Source: Eledone cirrhosa (lineage: Eukaryota). From it: a DNA stretch of 64,000 nt. Position numbers and translations under genes: made by a program. This document shows, in pieces, positions 1 to 12,599 of this stretch. The notes under the pieces were generated by a model, which was given only the letters and a program-made list of their open reading frames with translations, had not been told where the DNA came from and searched no databases. Positions within the stretch are counted from its first letter, which is position 1. The number at the start of each line of letters is the position of its first letter. The DNA lies in assembly GCA_964016885.1 (NCBI GenBank), contig OZ024744.1:88846001-88910000 (forward strand), in the 5' to 3' direction.

Positions 1-3000
1 AACAGTTGAGCAAAGTGCCGCTGAAAGGCCGCGCACATTTGCTTCGGTTCACGTATCACGCGTCCGTCTTGGTCCTTCAAAGACCGAATCGTGGACTTGT
101 TGCCACTTTTCGCCTCCGTCACTCGGGCCCAGCTAACAGCTTTGGCTCCCTCGTTTCCCAAAGCACTAATTTTGCTTCTGATAACGCAGCCTTGATGCTT
201 TGCGACGAAGAACTGGTCCAAGGCCGTTCTCGTCGCTAGCACGCTGGCTACGTTGCCACACCTAAGTGCCTCTTCTACTTCATCTACCAGTTCCTTTTCG
301 GTCTTATTTCTAACTAACCCTAATTCTTTACTAATATCTATCGAGTCTAATCTAATTGCCCTCTTGAGAGAGTACCACCATCTGTTGTTGACAATGGCCC
401 CCGTCAAGTGCTGCTTAACTAAGGTGCTAATCCGTCCACTGTAGGCTTTGCATATCGGTAACGACAGGTTCAGCTTCCAGTAGCCGGGTCCCTATCTATG
501 GGTTTTGTCAAAGTTGACTAAGCAGGTCACTAATTTGTGATCTGAATAGGCAACCATGAACATTTGTGGACAGCTTAACAAGTCCCTATCCTTCTTTCTA
601 ACTAGAACCCTATCTAGGTACGACCTAGATGTTCTGCTACGATTAGTCCACGTCCACAGTGGCACAGTCGGAAAATCTAGTCGATAGCTATCGGCCAGGT
701 CAAATCGGCCGATTAACTGTTTGAGGCTGTTACACCCCCCTTTATCGGGACATGCTCCCACATAGTCCCAACGTGCATATAGAATTCCATTACAGTCCCC
801 CACTAAAAGAAAGGATCGGGACGTTTCCAGAAAAGTCTCTAGACGTTTGAAGAAGTCTGGCCACCAGTCTGAAGGCTCCACCTTCACTACCGTCAACGTC
901 TAGGACCACTAGTCGACCGTCCGGGTCCAGATGTACCGTCTGTGTTACGAGGTCTAGGTGTTTCCGCAGCAAAACGGTACCCCGCCACCAGCTCCCGACT
1001 GACAGGCGACCTGAGGTCGTTTAAGAGTTTGCCCTGTTTCCAGGGCATCCCCAGGCCGCGTACATTCACACATCCAACTCTTATATTGGCCATGTTGGTG
1101 CTGAAAAGTTAAAAGAAGAGGAAAAGAAACCACTCACCTCTTCGTCTCCTGGGGACCAGGCTGCACAATTTCCATCGGGGTGTTGGAGGGTATGTTTGGT
1201 GGGATGGTGGTTTCTGGTGGGGTGGGGACGGAGGTGTTTGGTGGGAAGGGGGTGTTTGGTGGGATGGGGGTGACTGGGGTCGGGGTGCCTGTGGTGGGGA
1301 GACCTTTGAAGAGGACGCGGTTGATTGGTTTCACGCAGAAATTCCCCACGTCCTCTTCAAATGTTTCTTTTAGGGACCTATAAGTTCCTATAGGGACTCT
1401 GATCAGTTTTAGGTTCGTTTTTTTTGTTTTTGTTGGCGTTATCCAAAGTTTTCCCTTCGGTTTTGACCAAAGGGTTGTTTTTGATGGTCTCCATCAGTGT
1501 TCTATTTTCTTCGTTTATGTAAGTGTATGTGTACTTTTCCTGTGTTGTGTTTGTTTTTGTCTGTCGTTCCTGCGTGTGTTTTCTCTTTGTTGTGGGTGTT
1601 CTGTTTTCGAGAGGGGGAATTTTTGTTTGTGATTTTTGTGCTGATGTTTGTGTCTTTGTTTCGTTTTTGTTCATGCGGTGCTTTCTTTTTTTTTCTTTTC
1701 ACGTGTTGGAAGCGTTGCTCCTCATCGCCGCTGCGTGCCGTCGATAGGGGTTCCTCATCCGTGTTGATGGGTAGGGGTATGTTTTGGGTTCTGTAGTGTC
1801 TGTGTGTGTTTTTGTATTTGTTTTGGGTGGGGAGAGGTTGGATGGGATAGTGTTATGTGTTGTTTTTTCTTGTTGTTTTTGTTGTTGTGGTGGCGGTGGT
1901 GGTGGTTGTGTTGTTATTTGTGGTGTCGGCAAAAGTGGTTTTCTTTTTGTCAATTGAGGACAGGCAGCCCTTAGTGACCTCTGCTTGCGCAGTGGTAACA
2001 TGCGGGCCGCCTACCCTCAACCGAAATGTTTATGTAGGTCTGTCCATCCAGAGGTACTCTTTGTGGGATTTTCGCTATACGTTCTGGGCTCATCTGCACC
2101 AGAATTTCGAAGCTAGTCCCACTAAATATATCTTTGGAGGATTTTCCTACTGAGATCAAAATGTCTTGTTCAAAGTCAATTAGACCATAAAGTATCCACC
2201 AAATATCTACTTTGGGTCTTATGCATGTAATTTTAATTTGTGCGTCCTTTTCCCCATGTATGTAGGGAAAAAGGGAAAATGGGTGGACACAATGGGCGCG
2301 ATGGAATATTTTTGTGCTGTTACTTTGTCTTTCATCAGCACCGAGATGCTGCCGAAAAGTTTGGCTTTCTGAATGAATAAAATGTTATCCATGTGGTTCC
2401 TTAAAACCAGCTCAATCTCACTCTAAGATAGTTGAGCTGGTTTTTTTTTATGCATTTGAGATTGTCCTGAAAACCACCCTGTTCAGGGCATTCTCTCTCC
2501 TTAGTTCTTGTGGTGAATTTATGCTAAATGACCCATTGGGTCCAAAAGTCACACATTGTTTAGCTTCTTCCAACTTTTGTTTCGCGTTGGTTAAATCCAA
2601 AAGTTGAAATATTTCCGGGGTTTTTTTACAGTATCAGCAAAAAAAATTTTGCTTTTGTTGTCTTTCTTGTTGTTGTTGTCACTGTTGTTTGTATTTTCTT
2701 TGGTGTTTGTGTTGACATTTTTTTTCTTTTGATTGGTGTTGTTGGAAGTGTTTTCAATTTTTTCATTTTCTGTATTTTTTGGTGTCTGTTGTGGGCTGTT
2801 ATTTTAATTTTTTTGTTGTGTGAATTTCCATTTCTTTACGAAACGAAGTATTTGCTACATATGTTTCCTTCTGTGTGTGGATACATGTGACGTTTGTGAC
2901 GTCAGGCGTGTTCAGTTGCTTACAAGCAGCTGAAGCCTTTCCTCTTCTAAATGTTGAGGCGATGATGTTGGCATTCCTTTGTCCATGTCTGTACTACCTG

Positions 3001-3269
3001 CTGATCAATCTTCCCATCTTCTTGTTTTGACAAAGAAGTAGGTGCTTCGGCCATTTAAAAAGAAATGTAGTGTTTTGCAAAAATATTTTCGAAGATATTT
3101 TGGATGTTTTTGCCCTGAGGGGCACGATATTTTGGAGGACTGACCAGATCAAAATTTGACCTGTCAGTCCCTCTACAAATTGGTATAAAAATAAAAGTTC
3201 ACAATGACGAATTTCTAAGGAAATTTAAACAAATCTTACCGAGCAAGTTTAACACATGTGTCCATCCCA
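1..3269 (-). mobile_element. Tx1-like (L1 superfamily) non-LTR retrotransposon, copy A: 5' UTR, ORF1 and start of ORF2, running off the left edge; decayed
   Basis: Minus-strand ORF pieces: CYHCASRGH zinc knuckle, MANIRVGCVNVRGL (APE N-terminus), LLVGD, SRSYLDR and YSDH motifs. The 5' end TGGGATGGACAC matches copy E (22653) and abuts (GATA)n. Confidence 0.93.
1134..3054 (-). pseudogene. ORF1 (gag-like, CCHC knuckle) of copy A, frameshifted
   Basis: ATG GCC GAA GCA matches copy E MAEA. Homologous pieces at 1971-2159, 1378-1674 and 1134-1349. Confidence 0.8.
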
Positions 3270-3416
<147 letters not shown>

Positions 3417-3856
3417 GTGTGTGTATATATCTTAATGTGTGCATGTATCTTAATGTGCACACGAAACAAAAAAACAGATTATATATTTCTTTTTTATGTG
3501 TACTCTCTTCAATGTTTTCTATCTGAAAGATGTCCTTGTTTTAAATCCATTGCTCACATATTGTTCCCCTTGCAATTGTGTGGTAACTGGGTGCATTTTT
3601 CGTTCGTTTGTTTTTATGTTGTTGTCTTGTCCTGCACTTATCGTTCCAGTGACTGTTCTTTCAAGCCGTTGTGCATCCTGTAAAGAAGACATATACAATG
3701 CTACTCTTACGCACGAAATCATATTTCCAAGGGTTAGCTAACAATTAAAACATATACTTTTGTTTGTCGTCTCTCCATTTTCGTTTTTGTTTTTTATGAT
3801 GTGCAATTCTGCTAATATATATTTTACGTGTAATGCTAGGTGACTTTCTCATACAC

Positions 3857-3860
<4 letters not shown>

Positions 3861-3940
<80 letters not shown>
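3861..3940. repeat. (TG)n microsatellite
   Basis: Perfect TG run. Confidence 0.98.
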
Positions 3941-3941
<1 letters not shown>

Positions 3942-4401
3942 ATTCAATCCCAGTTTATATAGGTGCTTTATAGTTAAATAGTTCGCCTTCGAGTTTCGAG
4001 TTACGTCGTGTAACCTAGCGGTTCTAGGAATAAAGATATATAACAGCGGTCGGCAACCCCGGCCCGCGGGCCACATCAGCCTCGTGAAGAAGTTTTGACC
4101 AGCCTGACAACAGGTTTCAATGTTAGGTTAAGTGATCCCTGAAAAAGTACTCAGAATTATTTTGGATTGGAATACCAACCAGAGAACATGTCTAACCACA
4201 AGACTCACTTAACTGAACGTAATGTTTTGCATGACAGTAACAAACAATCAAATTCAGACAGATAGACAGAATAGTGAGACATTGATGTAAAGGGGACTTT
4301 TTGTGCGTGTATTTAACTATATATGCCAGTACAGACATCACTTTAAATTACTTTGGTCTCTGTACGAAACAGATGTGGGGACAGTAGAAGAAAAATATTA
4401 G

Positions 4402-4677
4402 TTGGTGTTGATTGATTTAGAATGCGATGAATTTCTGAAATCAAAATTCCATTCTGAATCAGTAACTGATTTCTACAAGAAATATGTTTTGTTTAGTGGA
4501 AAGTATAAAAACCTCTTGAATAATGCAAAAATGCAAATATCATTATTTGGCAGTACGTATACCTGTAAACAGCTTTTTTCCAAAATGAAATATACCCAAG
4601 ATTATTTAAGAACAAGGCTGTGTGATGATCATCTGGACAATGTTCTACTGTCCAAACAAATATTTTGCCTGATGTAG
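4402..4677 (+). pseudogene. hAT transposase C-terminal dimerisation domain fragment
   Basis: SLFGSTYTCKQLFSKMK...RTRLCDDHL matches the hATC (GTF2IRD2/SPIN-type) motif FGSTYxCEQxFSxMK..RSRLxD. Confidence 0.88.
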
Positions 4678-4874
4678 AGAAGCTATCCAATGACAGACAA
4701 AAACAAGTATCTCATTAAACAATTTACCATTTCTGCCTATATTTTATTTGTAGAGAGAAATTTCATTGAAGCAATATCACATAAAATTCATTGTTCTTCT
4801 TTAATCTCACGATTAAGGTAGCCTTCTGGACAGAACAATCTGACGTCGAGTATTTTTTATTATATTTCGATATC

Positions 4875-6340
4875 ATGGCCCGCTTACAAGACACTGCATA
4901 GCAATATGGCCCGCCTATGAGACACTGCATAGCAATATGGCCCGCCTATGAGACACTGCATAGCAATGTGGCCCGCCTATGAGACACTGCATAGCAATAT
5001 GGCCCGCCTACGAGACACTACATAGCAATATGGCCCGCCTATGAGACACTGCATAGCAATGTGGCCCGCCTATGAGACACTGCATAGCAATATGGCCCGC
5101 CTATGAGACACTACATAGCAATATGGCCCGCCTATGAGACACTGCATAGCAATGTGGCCCGCCTATGAGACACTGCATAGCAATGTGGCCCGCCTATGAG
5201 ACACTGCATAGCAATATGGCCCGCCTACGAGACACTACATAGCAATATGGCCCGCCTATAAGACACTGCATAGCAATATGGCCCGCCTATGAGACACTGA
5301 ATAGCAATATGGCCCGCCTATGAGACACTACATAGCAATATGGCCCGCCTATGAGACACTGCATAGCAATATGGCCCGCCTACGAGACACTACATAGCAA
5401 TATGGCCCGCCTATAAGACACTGCATAGCAATATGGCCCGCCTATGAGACACTGCATAGCAATATGGCCCGCCTATGAGACACTACATAGCAATGTGGCC
5501 CGCCTACGAGACACTACATAGCAATGTGGCCCGCCTACGAGACACTACATAGCAATGTGGTCCGCCTACGAGACACTACATAGCAATGTGGCCCGCCTAC
5601 GAGACACTACATAGCAATGTGGCCCGCCTACGAGACACTACATAGCAATGTGGCCCGCCTACGAGACACTACATAGCAATGTGGTCCACCGACGAGACAC
5701 TACATAGCAATGTGGTCCGCCTACGAGACACTACATAGCAATGTGGCCCGCCTACGAGACACTACATAGCAATGTGGCCCGCCTACGAGACACTACATAG
5801 CAATGTGGTCCACCGACGAGACACTACATAGCAATGTGGTCCACCGACGAGACACTACATAGCAATGTGGCCCGCCTACGAGACACTGCATAGCAATGTG
5901 GTCCACCGACGAGACACTACATAACAATGTGGTCCACCGACGAGACACTACATAGCAATGTGGCCCGCCTATGAGACACTACATAGCAATGTGGCCCGCC
6001 TACGAGACACTACATAGCAATGTGGCCCGCCTACGAGACACTACATAGCAATGTGGCCCGCCTACGAGACACTACATAGCAATGTGGTCCACCGACGAGA
6101 CACTGCATAGCAATGTGGTCCACCGACGAGACACTACATAGCAATGTGGTCCACCGACGAGACACTACATAGCAATGTGGCCCACCTACGAGACACTGCA
6201 TAGCAATGTGGTCCACCGACGAGACACTGTATAGCAATGTGGTCCACCGACGAGACACTGCATAGCAATGTGGTCCACCGACGAGACACTACATAGCAAC
6301 ATCGCCCGCCTACGAGACACTACATAGCAATGTGGCCCGC
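4875..6340. repeat. 31-bp minisatellite, about 47 copies, inside the hAT element
   Basis: Unit ATGGCCCGCCTATGAGACACTGCATAGCAAT, period 31 (4875, 4906...). Confidence 0.96.
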
Positions 6341-7039
6341 ACATCCCCAAAGGTTGCCGACCCCTGATCTACAAAATAAATATCAGACTTCAAAAGCAAA
6401 TTTCTGGGGTCAGTATGGTGGACTACATCTCTTTAACGCAGTGCCCCAGCATGGCCACCATCTTATAACTGGAACAAGTAAAAGAATAATAGAATAAAAG
6501 AATAAGTGTTCTGTTCAAATCCACGGAAGACGTTTCATTTCTGCATTAGGCTGTTTGTTCATTTATTTCTTCTCTAATACATTTCACGAAAATATTCTAA
6601 TTTCCAGGGTCAACTTGTATACATTCTTATACACTTATGCAATGGTTGTCTCACCACTACTTCGGTAAGCTAATGAGAAGAAAGTTAGAAAGAACTTGCC
6701 TGGAATTGTCTCCACTACATACCGAAATAATATAATTAAAATTAGTAATTGAGTTAATCTGTATCTTTTATTTTTTATTTTTTTCCTTGCAGTACAATTA
6801 TTTCTTGTATTTTTTTTTATATTCCGAAGTGTAAATATGTTAAACATTAACGTACCACTTAGTTTGCGAGTTATTTATTCTGTAAATAATTCTATGCAAA
6901 TGAATGTGCATTATTCTGCATTTATTCAATGATTCTCTAGTCACTATTTTGGCAATGAAGTATTAACCATTGTTAATGAAGTATTAACCATTGTTAACAT
7001 CAGCACAATGCTTTAATTGAAAGTTCCTTGCTTTGAGTA

Positions 7040-8165
7040 AAAGAAAATACAGGAGGATCAATTAAAAGAAAATAGAAGAAATTCAGTTAATAGAAAATAC
7101 TGGAGGATCAATTAAAAGAAAATACAGGAGGATCAGTTAAAAGAAAATACAGGAGGATCAGTTAAAAGAAAATACAGGAGGATCAGTTAATAGAAAATAC
7201 TGGAGGATCAGTTAATAGAAAATACAGGAGGATCAGTTAATAGAAAATACAGGAGGATCAGTTAATAGAAAATACAGGAGGATCAGTTAATAGAAAATAC
7301 TGGAGGATCAATTAAAAGAAAATACAGGAGGATCAGTTAAAAGAAAATACAGGAGGATCAGTTAATAGAAAATACTGGAGGATCAATTAAAAGAAAATAC
7401 AGGAGGATCAGTTAAAAGAAAATACAGTAGGATCAGTTAATAGAAAATACTGGAGGATCAATTAAAAGAAAATACAGGAGGATCAGTTAAAAGAAAATAC
7501 AGGAAGATCAGTTAATAGAAAATACAGGAGGATCAGTTAATAGAAAATACAGGAGGATCAGTTAAAAGAAAATACAGGAGGATCAGTTAATAGAAAATAC
7601 TGGAGGATCAATTAAAAGAAAATACAGGAGGATCAGTTAAAAGAAAATACAGGAGGATCAGTTAATAGAAGATACTGGAGGATCAATTAAAAGAAAATAC
7701 AGGAGGATCAGTTAAAAGAAAATACAGTAGGATCAGTTAATAGAAAATACTGGAGGATCAATTAAAAGAAAATACAGGAGGATCAGTTAAAAGAAAATAC
7801 TGGAGGATCAATTAAAAGAAAATACAGGAGGATCAGTTAAAAGAAAATACAGGAGGATCAGTTAATAGAAAATACTGGAGGATCAGTTAAAAGAAAATAC
7901 AGGAGGATCAGTTAATAGAAAATACAGGAGGATCAGTTAATAGAAAATACAGGAGGATCAGTTAAAAGAAAATACAGGAGGATCAGTTAATAGAAAATAC
8001 TGGAGGATCAATTAAAAGAAAATACAGGAGGATCAGTTAAAAGAAAATACAGGAGGATCAGTTAATAGAAGATACTGGAGGATCAATTAAAAGAAAATAC
8101 TGGAGGATCAGTTAATAGAAAATACTGGAGGATCAGTTAATAGAAAATACAGGAGGATCGGTTAA
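7040..8165. repeat. 25-bp minisatellite, about 45 copies
   Basis: Unit AGGAGGATCAGTTAAAAGAAAATAC, period 25. Confidence 0.96.
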
Positions 8166-8894
8166 CTATGATTTTATTCAACATATTCCTTTCTCATTTA
8201 TTGCAGCGGACCTACCTTCCCTGTAAATGTAACAGCTTTACTCTTTCGCGATACTCTTAATCGAGGAACTTTTCAGCACCCGGTAGATATAAATCCATCC
8301 AATATTCAACTGGTATTTTATCGATGTTGCCAGAGTTGACCTCGCCGTGATTTGAACTCAGAACGTAAAAGTATACATCTAAATACAGTAAGGCAATTTT
8401 TTCTTCACTCTATCGATTTGGCCAATTCCTCACTAAATAAAGGAAGAAATATTGATTTTTAACATAGGTCCAATGCTAAAGATTTGGTTGAAAATTTAAT
8501 CATTTAAATTGTTTTTAACTGGTACATAAGAAAGTTGAAAGACAAAGTTGACGTAGGCAGGATTGTAATACAGAACGTAAAAATCCAGAAGGAATTTTTT
8601 CCTGCGTTCTAAGGCTTTTTTTTTCTTGTTTTGTTTTATTTTTATTTAATTTTTTTTTTTTTTTTTTTTTTTGCCAATCCACAGTCCTGGGCAATTTTTA
8701 AAAAAATGACATGAGAATTGTTTATGTTATTGTTAATGTCATTATTGCTATTACACGGTATTGTAGTAGAGTTTCTAATGGTGGACATACTGAAGATAAT
8801 GGAGATATCGACAAGATAAACAACAACAAAGAGCGGGAGTTTGGCAAGCAAGAGATCTAGTGAGAGAACTAGAAATAGAGAAAGAGCGGATGAA

Positions 8895-8982
8895 GAGAGA
8901 CAGAGAGAAAGAGAGAGAGAGAGAGAAAGAGAGGTCTGGGAAGTGTGAGAGTGATATAGAAAGATATATATATATATATATA

Positions 8983-9042
<60 letters not shown>

Positions 9043-9082
9043 TGTAAGATAGTTATAGAGAAAGGAAAATAGAAACTCTAGC

Positions 9083-9140
<58 letters not shown>

Positions 9141-9823
9141 TAGTAACACAAACAGAGAGAGAGTTGGGAGAGAAAGCTAGGGAGAGTGTGTGAGACAGAT
9201 GTAGAAAGATTTATATATCTGTATATAGAAAGAGAGTGAGAGAGTTATAGAGAAAGGGAAATAAAGAGATCTAGTGAGAGAGAGAAAGGGAGAGGAGGGA
9301 TACAGAAAAGTCTAGAAATCTAGAAGGGTGAAGGGAAAAGGATCAAAAGAGAAAAAGGGATTTGAAAGGGAAAGTGGTCAAAAGAGAGAGAGAAAAATCT
9401 ACCAAGAAAAGGAACTAGAGTGGGAGTGAGAGAGAGAGAGAGAGAGGGGGAGAGAGAGAGAGCTAAAGAAGGAGGTGGGTGTTTAGAGAAAGAGAGAGAA
9501 AGGTTCGAGAAAGATGGAGAAAGAGAGAGAAAGATAGATTTATAGAATAGTCGAAGGCATGAGACGTGGTTGTTTCCATCATAATTTGTGATTCCTAATG
9601 TATTAGCATCTTTCTTCACAATCTATTGTATTCACAGCCTGGGTGAATAATTCGGTAAAATATGATGTGGTAGTGAGTGAGCTAATGTCTAACTGACATC
9701 TCTATCTGCACTACGTCAACGGAAAACATATCTGGCTTTCTAATCACTTTTACCAATCAAGTTTATTAGATATGTATGCCTCTGTCTGTCTGTCTGTGTG
9801 TGTGTGTGTGTTTGTGTTTGTAT

Positions 9824-9855
<32 letters not shown>

Positions 9856-9910
9856 TTGTGTGTCTATATGTGTGTCTGGGTGTGTGTGTGTTTGTGTGTG
9901 TGTGTCTGTG

Positions 9911-9943
<33 letters not shown>

Positions 9944-9967
9944 TTGTGTGTCTATGTGTGTGTCTGG

Positions 9968-10005
<38 letters not shown>

Positions 10006-10006
10006 T

Positions 10007-10060
<54 letters not shown>

Positions 10061-10150
10061 TGTGTGTCTATGTGTGTGTGTGATTGTATGATTGTATGAT
10101 GAGAATGGCTGCTATCAGATGAATATAAGTGACGATGTTGTTGTTGATGA

Positions 10151-10183
<33 letters not shown>

Positions 10184-10391
10184 CGGTGGCGGTGGTGATG
10201 ATGATGATGGTGATGATGATGATGAGGAGGAGGAGGAGGAGGAAGATAATCGTGGTGGAGGTTGTGGTCGTGGAGGTGGTTGTGGATGATGATGATGATG
10301 ATGATGGGAAAAAGGAGGAGAAGGAGGAGGAGAAGGCGGGCTGGGGGGGGGAGGGGGAGGAGACGCTGTGTAAGGAAAAAACGAGGAAAGG
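8895..10391. repeat. Simple-repeat tract: (GA)n, (TA)n, (TG)n, (GAT/GGT/GAG)n, with short unique segments
   Basis: Visible low-complexity runs. Confidence 0.9.
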
Positions 10392-10591
10392 NNNNNNNNN
10401 NNNNNNNNNNNNNNNNNNNNNNNNNNNNNNNNNNNNNNNNNNNNNNNNNNNNNNNNNNNNNNNNNNNNNNNNNNNNNNNNNNNNNNNNNNNNNNNNNNNN
10501 NNNNNNNNNNNNNNNNNNNNNNNNNNNNNNNNNNNNNNNNNNNNNNNNNNNNNNNNNNNNNNNNNNNNNNNNNNNNNNNNNNNNNNNNNNN
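10392..10591. other. Assembly gap (200 N)
   Basis: N run. Confidence 0.99.
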
Positions 10592-11077
10592 GAGAAAAAA
10601 AGAAAGAGTGGAAGAAGATGAGGAGGCAGAGTAGGGTGTGGGCGGGGAGGAGGAGGAGGGGCAGGACGAGGAGGAGGAAGGGGAGGAGGAGGAAGGGGAG
10701 GAGGAGGAGGTGATGGCAGTGTAGTGGGAGAAGGGGAGTAGGAAGAGGAGCAAGAGTATGTATGGCGAGGGGATAGAAGAGAGGGAAGTCGTTGAACGAG
10801 GAAGTTGACAATGAAGGAAGGAGGGAGTGTGAGTTGGAGATGAAACTGTTGTCTGTCTGTCTGTCTGCCTGTCAGTCTGTCTGTCAGTCTGTCTGTCTGT
10901 CTTTGATAGTAGACGTCTTGCACATCGGCTCTTCGATTTGGAATCTTTACTTGGATTATTTGTGAGTGTATTATTTAAATTGTTTTTCTATTATTGACTC
11001 TAACCCCTAGTCTGGGACTGTAGACGTAGGGTAAATATATTTTCACCCCTTTTGGGGTGAAAAATATTTAATTCAAA

Positions 11078-12592
11078 ATGTTCATCGATATCGTGGAAAA
11101 CGATATCGTTGAAAATGAGGAAGCCATATTGGAAGCTAACGCCACGCCTACCAAAAAAAGCGAGAAAGAGGGAACAACAATTCAAACTGTTGAACAGCCC
11201 TCCTCTCGAATGAAAAAAAGAATATTAATTCGAATGAAAACCTAAATTTTGAAGAAAAAAATAATAAGAAAATAAACACCACAAAAGAAGAAACCAACAA
11301 CATTGCAACAACAAGCAACAAAGACAACAACATTTCTTTTGCCCAAACGGTCAGGAAAGCTATCGAGTACAAGCCAATAGACATCACAAACGCTAAGCAG
11401 AACTTGTTAAATGCCAGAAAATACATATCTTTTGGGGAGGATGGTTCTTTTACGATCAACTCCCCAGAAGAAGTTCGCCAACAGGTATATAGGAATACCA
11501 TAACCTTCAGAACGATATCCAACACAACAAGAAAGCCAGCTCAATTGACAGAAAGTCAAATTGAGCTGGTGCTGAAAGACATTAAAGAAAACATACTTTT
11601 TATTGAAAGAGGAAAGCTGTATGCCAGCATTATGGCCGAATGAAGGACGAAATGCTGGCTCAAAAATGCTCGGTGGCACCTATAGTGTCACCACAATACA
11701 CCTTCTTCCCCACGTATAAAGGAAGAAGAACTCAGAGACTACGAATGTGGAGTCCAACGCCAGAAGTTAACATCTGGTCCGTCCTGACAGGATTTACGGA
11801 CCTAGAAAAGGACATTCTTATATCAGCAGGGGAGTCCACCAGTGGACTGTTCGGGGGGAAAAGTCTGGAGGTTCTCTTACAGATGACACCTGAGAGAATC
11901 GCCGGAATACCCGACCGAGTCCTACTGGATGGACGAACCTTCATCAATATTACGGTGGAAGGCAGGAGACCTTCATGTTACCACTGCGCTGGCAGAGGTC
12001 ACCTGAGGACGGCCTACCCTCTACAAACAACAAAAAAACCACTGCTACAAACACCACAACAACAACAAAAACAACCAGCACCACCACCACAAAAACAACA
12101 AAATACACTACCATCACCACCACAACGACAACAAAAACCAACAACACCACCTCCACCACCACAACCACAACAACAACATCAACAACAGTTCAAGAACAAC
12201 AAGCAAAAACAAACACAACAACACAAAAACTCTACACATACATAAACAAAAACAATAAAAACTTAACGGAAAAAATAGAAAACAACCCTTCGGTACAAAC
12301 CGAAGGGCCGAATTTTGCAACGGCAATGGGACTCCCTAACCTGAAAATGGTGAAAGTCCCACTTGACATTTTTAAAACTTTGAAAAACATTTACCCTGAG
12401 GACGTGGGGCCACCCTGCACCAGGCCACTCAACCGCGTCCTCCTGAAAGGTTTTCCCCTCCCCTCCTCAAACACCCCAACCCCTCCACACACTAATACCC
12501 CCACACAACCCCAAACCACCACCCCACCCAACAACCCCTCCACCGGCCCCATGGGAACTGAGCAGACCGGACCCCGGGACGCAGAGAGGTAA
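11078..12592 (+). pseudogene. ORF1 of copy B, frameshifted
   Basis: ORFs 11404-11643, 11640-12245 and 11975-12592 are homologous to ORF1 of the other copies; start codon uncertain. Confidence 0.78.
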
Positions 12593-12599
12593 GTGCCTC

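Larger units (their letters stand above)
4044..6366 (+). mobile_element. hAT (Charlie/SPIN/Buster-like) DNA transposon deletion derivative
   Basis: TIRs CAGCGGTCGGCAACC (4044) and GGTTGCCGACCCCTG (ending 6366). Flanking 8-mers ATATATAA / ATCTACAA (6/8, degenerate TSD). Internal transposase fragment. Confidence 0.88.

Noticed and set aside
4875-8165. 31-bp and 25-bp arrays (also the 83-bp and 35-bp arrays) as CRISPR arrays
   Set aside because: Contiguous tandem units without unique spacers, no cas genes, eukaryotic context.
9772-10923. Long ORFs of CV/HT/poly-P composition, including those crossing the N gap; similar ORFs at 36.8-38.4, 47.9-51 and 62-64 kb
   Set aside because: Translations of microsatellites with no domain content.
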